From IMG/VR virus record IMGVR_UViG_3300014026_000114: a stretch of DNA of 64,000 nt. One strand, written 5' to 3'. A program made the position numbers and the translations under genes. Each line of letters opens with the position of its first letter. Position 1 is the first letter of the stretch. Shown piece by piece: positions 18,391 to 26,980 of this stretch. Source of the DNA: a virus. A model generated the notes under the pieces. The model did not search any database and had not been told where the DNA came from. It was given only the letters and a program-made list of their open reading frames with translations.

Positions 18391-20433
18391 TTAAATTGGC
18401 TCTTGTCCTGCCGCTATTTGCGCTTCTCTGAGCGATTTAACCTCTTCAAAGATTGCCGATACGTCTTTCGTATCATTGTAAATCTCTTTCAAAAAGATGC
18501 TCATATTTGCCACTGATTTGTTGTTTTGGTTGTATGTACTCATAAAGAGTCGTTCTTTGGCACGAGTGATGCCAACGTAGCACAATCTGCGCTCTTCTTC
18601 GATAGATTCAGGAATAATCATCCCGTTTTCGCTTACCTTCATTGATTTCGCATGAGGCAATAAGCCATCAATGAGTCCAACCATAAACACGGTGTCAAAT
18701 TCAAGACCCTTTGAGCGATGAAGAGACATTAATTGCACTTTCGCGCTATTTCTGTCCGCTTGTTGCTCTTCGACTTTTTGGATATGCTGAAAGAGTTTGT
18801 CCACATCCTTAAATCGCTCACAACTGGCGATAAAGGAGTAAATCATTTGTTCCTTACCTTCATCGTCAGCTTTTCCTTTCGCTTTGCCCTTCATGCGCTC
18901 TTTTAAGAACTCTATGTACCCAGTTGTACGCACGAGTTCAGAAAGCATTTCAGCAACATTGCTTTTGCCACTAGAGTTCATTTGGCGCAATTTTGCAAGT
19001 GTTAATCCTAAATCTTGAAGCATCTCTTGAACGTTCTCATCAGGCGTAACATCGGCAAACTGTTCTGCAACTTCTGAAATAGAAACATCATATTCATGGG
19101 ATTTGCGTTGAAGCGCATTATAGGTGTCATTCGTGATGCCACGTTCAGGCACGTTCATGATGAATTTGAACGAATCCATGTCGTTCGGATTATCTGCCAA
19201 ATGCAGGTACGCTAAAAGCTCTTTGATTTCACGACGACCATAGAACCCTTCTGAGCCTGCGACATAGTATGGTATTCCCATGTTTGAAAACGCATCTTCA
19301 AATGGGCGAGATTGCATGTTAAGTCTGTAAAGAATTGCAATGTCGGAATACGAGATGAGTTGTTGTTGATTCACAAGATGGTCAATAATGTACGCAATCG
19401 TTTGTGCTTCTGTGTTGTCGTCATCGGTAATCAATGAATAGATGTCTTCGCCATGATTCCCGCGACCACTGCGGCAAATGCCTGGATATTGAATTGTTGA
19501 GTGCTTAATGAGTTCTGTGGACATGTTAACGACTTCAACGGTCGAACGGTAGTTGTCATTCAGCTCTATTGTGCGCGCGTTCTTCCAATCTTTTTCAAAG
19601 TTGAGGATAAAGTCAACCTTGGACGCACGCCACGAATAAATCGCCTGTCGCGCATCTCCAACAATGAACACGTTTTGCGTATAGCCGCCCGCAAGAAGCT
19701 TAACAATGTCATATTGGGCGACGTTTGTGTCTTGAAATTCATCGACTAAGATGTATTTGTAGATGTTTTGATACATCGTGCGCAAGTCGCGATCCTTTTT
19801 AAGAATCGTATAGCACTGCACCAACATATCGTCGAAGTCAATAACGCCCATTTGGTTTTTAACTAGCTCATAGCGCTTATACAGCGTTCTGAGATCGTTC
19901 AAATAGGCTTCATCAATGTCTTCTGCGCCTTCAAGGCAACTGACATCAAGGTTTTCGTCATTGGGCATAATCAAATAATTTTTTTGCCAACTTATGAACG
20001 CCAGAGCGGCATCTTCATCAATGTCAGATGTGATTTTTTCTTTAGACTGCGAACTCGGAGACAATATTTTGGCAACAATCTGCTTTTTGTCGGTTTCGCT
20101 TAGGAGCTGTGGGGATGATTTGCCGTCTTTGCGGTACTTGGACCGTATCACCGAAAAGCCGAAAGAATGGAACGTCCCCAAAAACACCTGTTGACCTTGA
20201 TCTAAACCAACAAGCGAAATAAGCCGCTCTTTCATTTCAGTCGCAGCCTTTTTTGTAAACGTAATTGCAAGAATATTCTTAGGATTAACGCCTTTATAAA
20301 GCAGATATTCAATTCGTTTAGTTAGAACAGTCGTTTTTCCAGAACCTGCGCCAGCAATAACGCGACATGGATGCTCCATGTGCTGTACTGCGGCTTTTTG
20401 TTCCGCGTTCATGCGCCCAAAGTCAAATGGCAT
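18391..20433 (-). CDS. pcrA: PcrA/UvrD superfamily 1A helicase
   Basis: AGAGSGKT, ITFTKKAATEMKER, GTFHS, LVDEFQDTN, VGDARQAIYSWR, NYRS, SLHRSKGLEF, EEERRLCYVGITRA. Confidence 0.95.
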   Translation of the reverse strand: MPFDFGRMNAEQKAAVQHMEHPCRVIAGAGSGKTTVLTKRIEYLLYKGVNPKNILAITFTKKAATEMKERLISLVGLDQGQQVFLGTFHSFGFSVIRSKYRKDGKSSPQLLSETDKKQIVAKILSPSSQSKEKITSDIDEDAALAFISWQKNYLIMPNDENLDVSCLEGAEDIDEAYLNDLRTLYKRYELVKNQMGVIDFDDMLVQCYTILKKDRDLRTMYQNIYKYILVDEFQDTNVAQYDIVKLLAGGYTQNVFIVGDARQAIYSWRASKVDFILNFEKDWKNARTIELNDNYRSTVEVVNMSTELIKHSTIQYPGICRSGRGNHGEDIYSLITDDDNTEAQTIAYIIDHLVNQQQLISYSDIAILYRLNMQSRPFEDAFSNMGIPYYVAGSEGFYGRREIKELLAYLHLADNPNDMDSFKFIMNVPERGITNDTYNALQRKSHEYDVSISEVAEQFADVTPDENVQEMLQDLGLTLAKLRQMNSSGKSNVAEMLSELVRTTGYIEFLKERMKGKAKGKADDEGKEQMIYSFIASCERFKDVDKLFQHIQKVEEQQADRNSAKVQLMSLHRSKGLEFDTVFMVGLIDGLLPHAKSMKVSENGMIIPESIEEERRLCYVGITRAKERLFMSTYNQNNKSVANMSIFLKEIYNDTKDVSAIFEEVKSLREAQIAAGQEPI

Positions 20434-20487
20434 CTTAATCGTAGCCCCCCAACATCTTTCTTGATCTTAGGTTTAATTCTACCATGC

Positions 20488-20530
20488 AAAAAGCCGCCAA
20501 GAGCAAATTCATGCTCAGTGGCGGTCTTTT
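20488..20530 (-). terminator. Terminator hairpin between mini-array and pcrA
   Basis: AAAAGACCGCCACTGAGCA...TGCTCTTGGCGGCTTTTT. Confidence 0.75.
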
Positions 20531-20534
20531 ATTT

Positions 20535-20641
20535 GTTCCAATCCGCGCACCCACAAGGGGTGCGATTTACTTGATGCGCTCTTTCATCTCAGTGGCCGCT
20601 TTATTGGTGCTTCAATCCGCGCGATTTCGGTGAACCGCGAT
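20535..20641 (-). CRISPR. Type I-C-like CRISPR mini-array (repeat-spacer-repeat); no cas operon in window
   Basis: R1 ATCGCGGTTCACCGAAATCGCGCGGATTGAAGC (20641-20609); 42-nt spacer (20608-20567); R2 ATCGCACCCCTTGTGGGTGCGCGGATTGGAAC (20566-20535), close to canonical I-C repeats; both keep a 7-bp stem. Confidence 0.88.
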
Positions 20642-20859
20642 AGCAATCTATTTCGACTACTAACCTAACTTTGGGAATTCATCGCCAATTTAGGATTTTC
20701 TCAACACATCAATCTCCACTTTAACCTCCGTTGTGGTTTAGACGTGTCTATAAAAAGCGTCAAAATTTATGTTCGATTGAGGTTCACACTCGCATTCGGT
20801 GCTCTGCCATTTGTTGTCCTTAGTATAACTCAAAACAAAAACCTTGTCTTGGTGTTTTG
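20642..20859 (-). promoter_or_regulatory. Promoter and I-C leader-like region of the mini-array
   Basis: TATACT -10 at 20827-20822; GTGTGAACCTCAATCGAACATAAA resembles the motif that opens I-C leaders; shared with 1325-1485. Confidence 0.75.
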
Positions 20860-20879
20860 AAAAACCACAAAAACGCGTT

Positions 20880-21317
20880 CATCCTAATAATTTTGCTCGG
20901 TGCACTCCCAGTGTGCCAGTTTTCCCAAAAAACACAAAAAGAAGGAGAAAACCTCGCCCAGATCGAAGTCTTCCCCTTCCCCTTCCCAACAGCTTTTCAC
21001 CTCGTCAGCGGTATTGGAGGCGCTCATATATCTCGCCTAGTTTTAACTCGTAGCGAGGTCGGAGTTGCCGCACGCCAAGACCAATGCGGGGAAGCGCGCG
21101 CAGCGGTGGTGTCACCCTTGCTTCTTTATTTTGGCGAACCTGTGCCTCCTCTAGCCACCGTATCGCAGGTTATTATCGGTCGCGGGAATGTGCCGAGGCT
21201 TCCCAAACGGTATTGCCCAGCTTCCCGTCAAACCGCCCATTCGTGGTGGTTATCGCCTGTGAGGACTTCAAAAAGTAATGTCGTGGTAAAGTATGGTAGT
21301 GTTTTCCTCTGAGGATG
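20880..21317 (-). ncRNA. Unidentified large structured RNA (about 440 nt)
   Basis: TGGTATAAT promoter at 21331-21323; nested end pairings CATCCT/AGGATG, GAGGAAAAC/GTTTTCTC, GAAGTC/GACTTC; several internal GC-rich hairpins; no credible ORF. Confidence 0.65.
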
Positions 21318-21381
21318 GTTTTATTATACCACGGTTTCTTTTTCGTGTGGAGAAAATGGGAAAATATTTTTAACGAACTCA

Positions 21382-21873
21382 TTACAATGTTCGTGTTTCT
21401 GCTCTATCGCAATCATACAAAACACTCAAAAAAACCGATGTAGCGACAAGAAGGAAAGCGACAAGAGACAAACCAAACGAGAAGACAAAACTCGCAAACA
21501 CATTCAACCGTAAAAAGAAATCAACAACAAAAGAGTTTTCTTGGACAAAATTAGAAATCAGACATACCGTAACGGCGGCTACAAGAATCCCAACTCCGAT
21601 GACAATAAGAGCGTTGTTTTTGTTGTTTCTTCCGCTTCTCCTAGCATTGTATACTTCCAACATGGCGCAAAACAATATGGCAACCGATAATAAGCCGAAC
21701 ACTGCGACAGCATATACAGACGCGATATCGTTTTTGCCTGTTTCCGAAACATATGTGTTTTGATAGACAAACACGAAATAGTGCAATCCAATTGCTGTTG
21801 TAAGCAAAATAGAATTAAGAAAGGCAACTTTAGACAGTTTAGATGTTTGAACGAACTTCTCAAAAGATGACAT
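21382..21873 (-). CDS. Hypothetical 4-TM membrane protein
   Basis: Four hydrophobic stretches; AAGGAG RBS. Confidence 0.65.
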   Translation of the reverse strand: MSSFEKFVQTSKLSKVAFLNSILLTTAIGLHYFVFVYQNTYVSETGKNDIASVYAVAVFGLLSVAILFCAMLEVYNARRSGRNNKNNALIVIGVGILVAAVTVCLISNFVQENSFVVDFFLRLNVFASFVFSFGLSLVAFLLVATSVFLSVLYDCDRAETRTL

Positions 21874-21890
21874 AAAAATACTCCTTTCTA

Positions 21891-21938
21891 TTGAGACCCC
21901 CGCTAAAGCAGGGGGGGTCTATCGGCGACGGTCTATAA
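21891..21938 (-). mobile_element. About 50-bp IS200/IS605-derived palindromic remnant (PATE-like), copy 1
   Basis: TTATAGACCGTCGCCGATAGACCCCCCCTGCTTTAGCGGGGGTCTCAA; similar to 25975-26026. Confidence 0.55.
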
Positions 21939-21955
21939 AAAGTTTCGTATGTGCC

Positions 21956-22261
21956 TTAACTCTCGTCCTCGTCTTGGATTGCTGGCATCAGGTCGTTGTC
22001 GTCTTCAATGCGCAGCATCCGGATGTCGCGCACGCTCGCTGTAAACCATGCGTACTTCGTCGCGAGATTCCGCGCTGCCATGACCGTCCGTACAGCATCT
22101 ACCTTGTCGCTTCCGAAGTACACGCTTCCCTGCTGACGCGAGAAGCCGTAGCTTCTCAACGTGTCCTCTATTTCGGCATAAGCTTTCGCCGGATTGCCTC
22201 CTGTGTAGGTCTTGGACAAAGTGTCCGCGTCCAAGACGAACGCGATTGCGTATTTTGCCAT
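21956..22261 (-). CDS. vapD: VapD (Cas2-like fold) protein
   Basis: YAIAFVLD, AYAEI...L..YGF.RQQGSVYFG, WF..SVRDIRMLRIEDDNDLMPA; ATG at 22261 after AAAGGA. Confidence 0.9.
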   Translation of the reverse strand: MAKYAIAFVLDADTLSKTYTGGNPAKAYAEIEDTLRSYGFSRQQGSVYFGSDKVDAVRTVMAARNLATKYAWFTASVRDIRMLRIEDDNDLMPAIQDEDES

Positions 22262-22335
22262 GTTTATCGTTCCTTTCTGGTTAGTGCATGACGCCTTTGC
22301 GTCGCCATCCTTAGATCGCTTCCTGTTTGCCACAA

Positions 22336-23130
22336 TCAAGCAGATTGTGCGATTTTGGTGCGTGCTTTTTGAAGCTCTTTGTCTTTCTCCGTTGCGCGAT
22401 ATGAAGGTGCATTATTGACAACAGAGACGGTCATGCTCGCGAGTCTATCTAAAACACGCGGTGTTAAAGATGTTTGCAGTGCGGATTTAACGCAGTTCAT
22501 GGAGATCATAATCGGCAATTTATTGGCGTACCTAAAATCAATAATTCGATATAAAAATGTTTCATAGGCGTAATCGCTATGTAGCGAATTGATGCCGAGA
22601 TCGTCAATGATAAGTAAATCACAGTCGTTTACTTCGCGCACAAAATCATTCGCTTCTTCGTCAGATCTAAAAGAAAGCGACTTTTTGTATTCGTTGTAGA
22701 GCGATGCGGCTTTGTAAAACTTAACTGAATATCCCTTTGCGACGAGCTTACGCCCAACAGCGATTTCAAGGTGCGTTTTGCCGCAACCATAGCCGCCCAT
22801 GACGAGCAAACCCATGCCGCTCTTGATATATTTTGAGAAACTGGCAACAAAGTTCTTGCAGAACTCAAGGTTGGATTTATTACCTTCATTCTCTTCAAAA
22901 TTGTTGAACTTCTTGTCTTCATAGCGCCGACCAATGTCAGGATTGGACAAAAACGCCGCAACAGCGTCTTTCTTTTGCTGTTTTTCTTCCATATCTGAAA
23001 TACGCTTATCATTCGCCATATCTGCTTCAATGCGGCATGGACACTTTAAGACAATTTCCTCGTTAAAGAAGGATATTTTTTTCTTTTCAAGCAATCTGCC
23101 GCAATGAGGGCAAGTTTCAAATTGACTCAC
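22336..23130 (-). CDS. DnaC/IstB-like AAA+ helicase loader
   Basis: CPHCG..CPC zinc site, GGYGCGKTHL, LLIIDDLG, IIDFRY..KLP.MISMN, RVLDRL. Confidence 0.9.
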   Translation of the reverse strand: MSQFETCPHCGRLLEKKKISFFNEEIVLKCPCRIEADMANDKRISDMEEKQQKKDAVAAFLSNPDIGRRYEDKKFNNFEENEGNKSNLEFCKNFVASFSKYIKSGMGLLVMGGYGCGKTHLEIAVGRKLVAKGYSVKFYKAASLYNEYKKSLSFRSDEEANDFVREVNDCDLLIIDDLGINSLHSDYAYETFLYRIIDFRYANKLPIMISMNCVKSALQTSLTPRVLDRLASMTVSVVNNAPSYRATEKDKELQKARTKIAQSA

Positions 23131-23250
23131 AATTTATCACTTCCTTCTTAGAATCCGTTCTTTAAGAACATTTTAACAGACAATTTTTACAAATGCAAAA
23201 TTCCGCTACAAAGCGCGTATTTCGGCACGATGTAGCGGATATGCGCTTAA

Positions 23251-25020
23251 TCAGATGATGTCATCGTCCAAGAACGGGTTTTCTTCCTGCCTCTTCGATT
23301 TTCTGAGTCGCTGATTGTATTCCTCTATAAAAGGATTTTCCTCTTCCTCGTCGTCAAGGAATGGATTTTCTTCTTTGCTGTTTGGAAGGAAAGGATTCTC
23401 TTCTTCCCCATCCTCTGACTGAGGTTGATTGTTCGTCAAAAATGGGTTCTCTTCTTCCTGCTCATCGGAAATAAACGGGTTTTCTTCCTCAACGAGATCA
23501 TCCAAGAACGGATTGTATTCAACAGCAGGAATGTCGTCGTTCAAGAATGGGTTCTCATCAATATCGTTAATGAACGGATTTTCATCGTCAACAAAGGGAT
23601 TCTCGTCAGATTCTGTGTTTTGATTTTCGTCGTCCTCAGAGTTCGATGAAACGAAAGGATTCTCTTCTTCGTCATCATCATCGTCGTTCACGAATGGATT
23701 CTCATCTGACTGATTATCTTCATCGCTATTCAGAAACGGATTTTCATCGGACTCGTTGTCATTCACAAAAGGATTCTCATCGCTCACATCCTGCACCATT
23801 GTGAACGGGTTTACATCCGTTGAAGGCTCATAAGAGACATCATTGAAGCTGATGTAGTCCTTATATGGCTTTTTATTAAGGTCAAGGAAATTCCCTGCTG
23901 TCTTAATGAACTTTTGTTCAACCTTCTTTTGGACGCATTTCCAGCAATAGTGTTTTGCAGCCTTAATGATGTCATCAGCAGACTCTCCTGCTTCCATCAG
24001 CGCAGCAAAATTGTCATATGCTTGCTGTTTTGCCGTCTTTTTGGGATATTCCTCCCAAAACACCTCAAAGAGCTTTTCATGTTCAGGCGACATTTTCTCA
24101 TTAGCTACATATTTGTTCATTGCCGCACCATCACTGAGATAATCCTTAAAGCGCTGATTGGGTCCAAAGAAGGTGCTTCCAAGCATAATGTAATTCTGCT
24201 CGCGATCTTCGCTCTTCATTACAAAAGCGAAATTCTGAACAGCTTTCATAGCGACCTCTTTCGAGATCTCTCCTGCTGTTACGCGTGCCTTGTACGCCTT
24301 AAAAGCAGTCCCCTTAGAGGCTTTACGCGGATAATGCGCCCAGATTTCGTCGAAATCCTCTTCAATGGGACTCTTCTCCGCTTTCTTTTTCGCAGAAGCG
24401 CGTTTCTTTTTCGGCTTTTCTTCTACATCTTCTTGCTCAACAGGTTCATCTTCGGAATCATCCTCAGATTCCTCTTCCTGCTTTTCAACGCGCACAGGAG
24501 CGACATGGACTGGTTTCTGTTCTACCAGCTCTGGCGTTTTCTTTTCCACAGATTTTACAGGAGCTTCCTCCGTAACATCCTTCTTCTTCATGGAAAGCGA
24601 ACGAACGACACGCTCGTTGCTCTTTACGGCATCAACGATTTTCACATCAATCATCTTTTCGAGTTTGCCAAGAAGCGTGCCGACAAGAAACGTATCGGGC
24701 TGTTCATTGAGGAAGTCAATGATTTCCTCCGCGCTCATTTCAGCATCAATAAAGACGCAATCCTCGTTCTTAATGAGCATCATATTGGATTCGCAATCGT
24801 ATTCAATCAGATCTGCCTTCATGAGGTTCTTCACCGACTGCTTTGCTTCGCTCTCAGTGATTCCCATATCACAGCTCATATATGCAAGGGGCATATAAAA
24901 AAGCTCCAACTTGGAACGATGCGGGGACGTGAGAATATAAAGAAAAGCGTACTTATCCGAAGCAGAGAGCTTTGTAAAAGCATTGTCCTTCCAAAGACGA
25001 GATTGAATTTTGTTAAGCAT
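23251..25020 (-). CDS. Phage-type replication initiator/replisome organiser with 15 acidic NPF repeats
   Basis: N-terminal LWKD..F..LS..DKY.FLY.LT.PH; two F..(I/F)W..YP(R/K)K domains; directly upstream of the DnaC-like loader. Confidence 0.7.
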   Translation of the reverse strand: MLNKIQSRLWKDNAFTKLSASDKYAFLYILTSPHRSKLELFYMPLAYMSCDMGITESEAKQSVKNLMKADLIEYDCESNMMLIKNEDCVFIDAEMSAEEIIDFLNEQPDTFLVGTLLGKLEKMIDVKIVDAVKSNERVVRSLSMKKKDVTEEAPVKSVEKKTPELVEQKPVHVAPVRVEKQEEESEDDSEDEPVEQEDVEEKPKKKRASAKKKAEKSPIEEDFDEIWAHYPRKASKGTAFKAYKARVTAGEISKEVAMKAVQNFAFVMKSEDREQNYIMLGSTFFGPNQRFKDYLSDGAAMNKYVANEKMSPEHEKLFEVFWEEYPKKTAKQQAYDNFAALMEAGESADDIIKAAKHYCWKCVQKKVEQKFIKTAGNFLDLNKKPYKDYISFNDVSYEPSTDVNPFTMVQDVSDENPFVNDNESDENPFLNSDEDNQSDENPFVNDDDDDEEENPFVSSNSEDDENQNTESDENPFVDDENPFINDIDENPFLNDDIPAVEYNPFLDDLVEEENPFISDEQEEENPFLTNNQPQSEDGEEENPFLPNSKEENPFLDDEEEENPFIEEYNQRLRKSKRQEENPFLDDDII

Positions 25021-25218
25021 GGTATTATTCCTCCGTTGTCATTTTTGCAATCAGTATACCACATAAGAAAAATCTTGTGTTGAAAATCGTCGTGAAAAGA
25101 AAAATAAAATTTTGCTAAAATGGTAAAAGGAAATCACAATCGTTCTGATAGATCCTTTTTTCGTTCCGTATCTAAGGTTTAGTTTAGTAAGGGGGAAGCG
25201 CATTTAGCGCGAAATTAA

Positions 25219-25971
25219 ATGAACATAACTTTCATTGATGCAGATCCAATTCTTTGGAAGGGCGATAAGAACATTCGCCTCATCAACCTGACAGAAGCCA
25301 TTCGTAAAATCTATAAGATGCAAAAACAAGATCAAATTTTCCTGATCGGCGGGTTCAATGAAAACAACCTGTTCCTGCCAACACTCACCGAAGTGGCGCG
25401 TCTCTCCGGCGAAATGAACATGGAGATGATTACGTCGTACAGTGAACTTGAAGAAAAGAATGTTTATGGATTTGGATTGATGCACATGTTGTATCAGTCC
25501 TTTATGGCACAGGAAAATATCACAGACAACACATACACTGTCGTTTGCGCCGATACGAACTTTTTAAAAGCAGCAGAGTTCTTCGAGAAGGTCGGCGGCA
25601 ATAAAGTCAACTTTGTACTGACGGATGACATCAACAATCTCGCAGGCATCAAAGAGACATATAATGTTCCGTTCGTAATCAGTGTTGATCCGAAAAAGCG
25701 CAGTATTTTTGATAAGACCATCATTCGTGAAATCCTTCGCATCGTTAAGTGGGGGCAAGAGAACGACAAGACCAACTCGCTTGCAACTCTTGCGTATAAA
25801 TGCGAGAAGTATTCCAAGATTGCTCCATACAAGACGCTCTTTATTGCACGCGCATTGATTCACAACGGCTACTTGGAACGCCGACTTGCGACATATAATG
25901 ACAAACCGCTCAAGATTGTCGTTCTTGGGAATCCTGAGAAGGTTAACGCGCTCCTTGAAGAGTGCTCGTGA
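25219..25971 (+). CDS. Hypothetical protein (weak NYN/PIN-like N-domain, possible C-terminal winged helix)
   Basis: ITFIDAD and VVCADTNF resemble NYN acidic motifs only weakly. Confidence 0.5.
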   Translation: MNITFIDADPILWKGDKNIRLINLTEAIRKIYKMQKQDQIFLIGGFNENNLFLPTLTEVARLSGEMNMEMITSYSELEEKNVYGFGLMHMLYQSFMAQENITDNTYTVVCADTNFLKAAEFFEKVGGNKVNFVLTDDINNLAGIKETYNVPFVISVDPKKRSIFDKTIIREILRIVKWGQENDKTNSLATLAYKCEKYSKIAPYKTLFIARALIHNGYLERRLATYNDKPLKIVVLGNPEKVNALLEECS

Positions 25972-25974
25972 CAG

Positions 25975-26026
25975 TTGACATACCCCCCCCCCGCAAAAGC
26001 AGGGGGTTCTCGGCGACGTTTTATAA
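25975..26026 (-). mobile_element. About 50-bp IS200/IS605-derived palindromic remnant (PATE-like), copy 2
   Basis: TTATAAAACGTCGCCGAGAACCCCCTGCTTTTGCGGGGGGGGGGTATGTCAA. Confidence 0.55.
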
Positions 26027-26087
26027 ATAGAAAAAAAAGAGGGATGTTTTCCCTCTTTTTATTTTTGTCCGACGACGAACAGAACCT

Positions 26088-26852
26088 TTACGCGCAGTAA
26101 AGATCGTTCGATGATGAGTCATCGAATAAGTAATCGTCATCGTTCCCAATATCGCAAGTAGATGCACCGTCATCAAAGCACTCAGGCTCCTCAGTGCAAT
26201 CCACAATATCGGGAATGATTTCCTGTTCGTCATTCATACCCAAGAAGTCCTCCTCGGTCGGAGTGGTATTTTTGACGGCAGGAAACCCGCCAGGCGTCAA
26301 CTCCACTGGCGCGGTAGAATTTGCCGCGTTTTGCTGTGCGCTCTGTTGTACGTCTGCACGAGCAGCGCCAACCGCACCGACAGCAACAGCGGCGGCGGCA
26401 ACGACGGCAACGGGGAAGGCCGAGTTAGAGTATTCAATCTCCTCTTCCTCGAGAATCTCGCTTAGCCGTCCTTCCCGCTTATAGCGCAAATAAAGAGAAA
26501 TCATGCCCATATTATCCAATTCATACATCACACGCATTCTGGCACGATGGTTGGATCGCTTCTGTTGGAAATATGGGCCTATAACGCTCCAAAGCGTGCG
26601 CTTTTTGTGCGTTTTCTCATTCGCCACAAGAATCTCTTCTTGCGACGGGATGTTGGGACGATCAACGAATTGATACACACCAACAGCACCAGCCATGAGG
26701 GCGGCAAGGAACACACCGAACTTGCCAGCGCCAATGGCAAGCGCGATGAACGCTAAAACTGCGAATGCGATAAGACTCACGACGCAGATGTTGCTGAGGT
26801 TACGACCCTCACGATAGAGATGATTCAGCATGGTAATTTCTCCTTTCACCAC
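26088..26852 (-). CDS. Hypothetical membrane protein with acidic C-terminus
   Basis: Two N-terminal TM helices; D/E-rich tail; start uncertain. Confidence 0.55.
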   Translation of the reverse strand: MVKGEITMLNHLYREGRNLSNICVVSLIAFAVLAFIALAIGAGKFGVFLAALMAGAVGVYQFVDRPNIPSQEEILVANEKTHKKRTLWSVIGPYFQQKRSNHRARMRVMYELDNMGMISLYLRYKREGRLSEILEEEEIEYSNSAFPVAVVAAAAVAVGAVGAARADVQQSAQQNAANSTAPVELTPGGFPAVKNTTPTEEDFLGMNDEQEIIPDIVDCTEEPECFDDGASTCDIGNDDDYLFDDSSSNDLYCA

Positions 26853-26980
26853 ACAAGAACACCATTAATGATCAAAAAATAATATGGTGTTCAAATAAAA
26901 ACTTCGGTATCTAAAATTATATGCCAGATTGATTAAAAAACAAAAAAAGACCGCTCCATACAGAAGCGGTCTTTTTTTGG

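Noticed and set aside
20567..20608. Spacer as a simple local duplication of the element's own pcrA
   Set aside because: Differences are concentrated at synonymous positions and restore the canonical TNKAA motif, as expected from a different functional gene
20991..21009. Hammerhead-like CTGACGAG..GAAA (minus)
   Set aside because: No stem II between the boxes and no matching cleavage-site stem
21104..21124. T-box-like AAGCAAGGGTGACACCAC (minus)
   Set aside because: Critical UGGN is UGAC, no terminator/antiterminator or amino-acid gene downstream
20857..21312. 151-aa plus-strand ORF over the GC-rich island
   Set aside because: TTG start without RBS, unnatural composition; promoter and pairing pattern point to a minus-strand RNA
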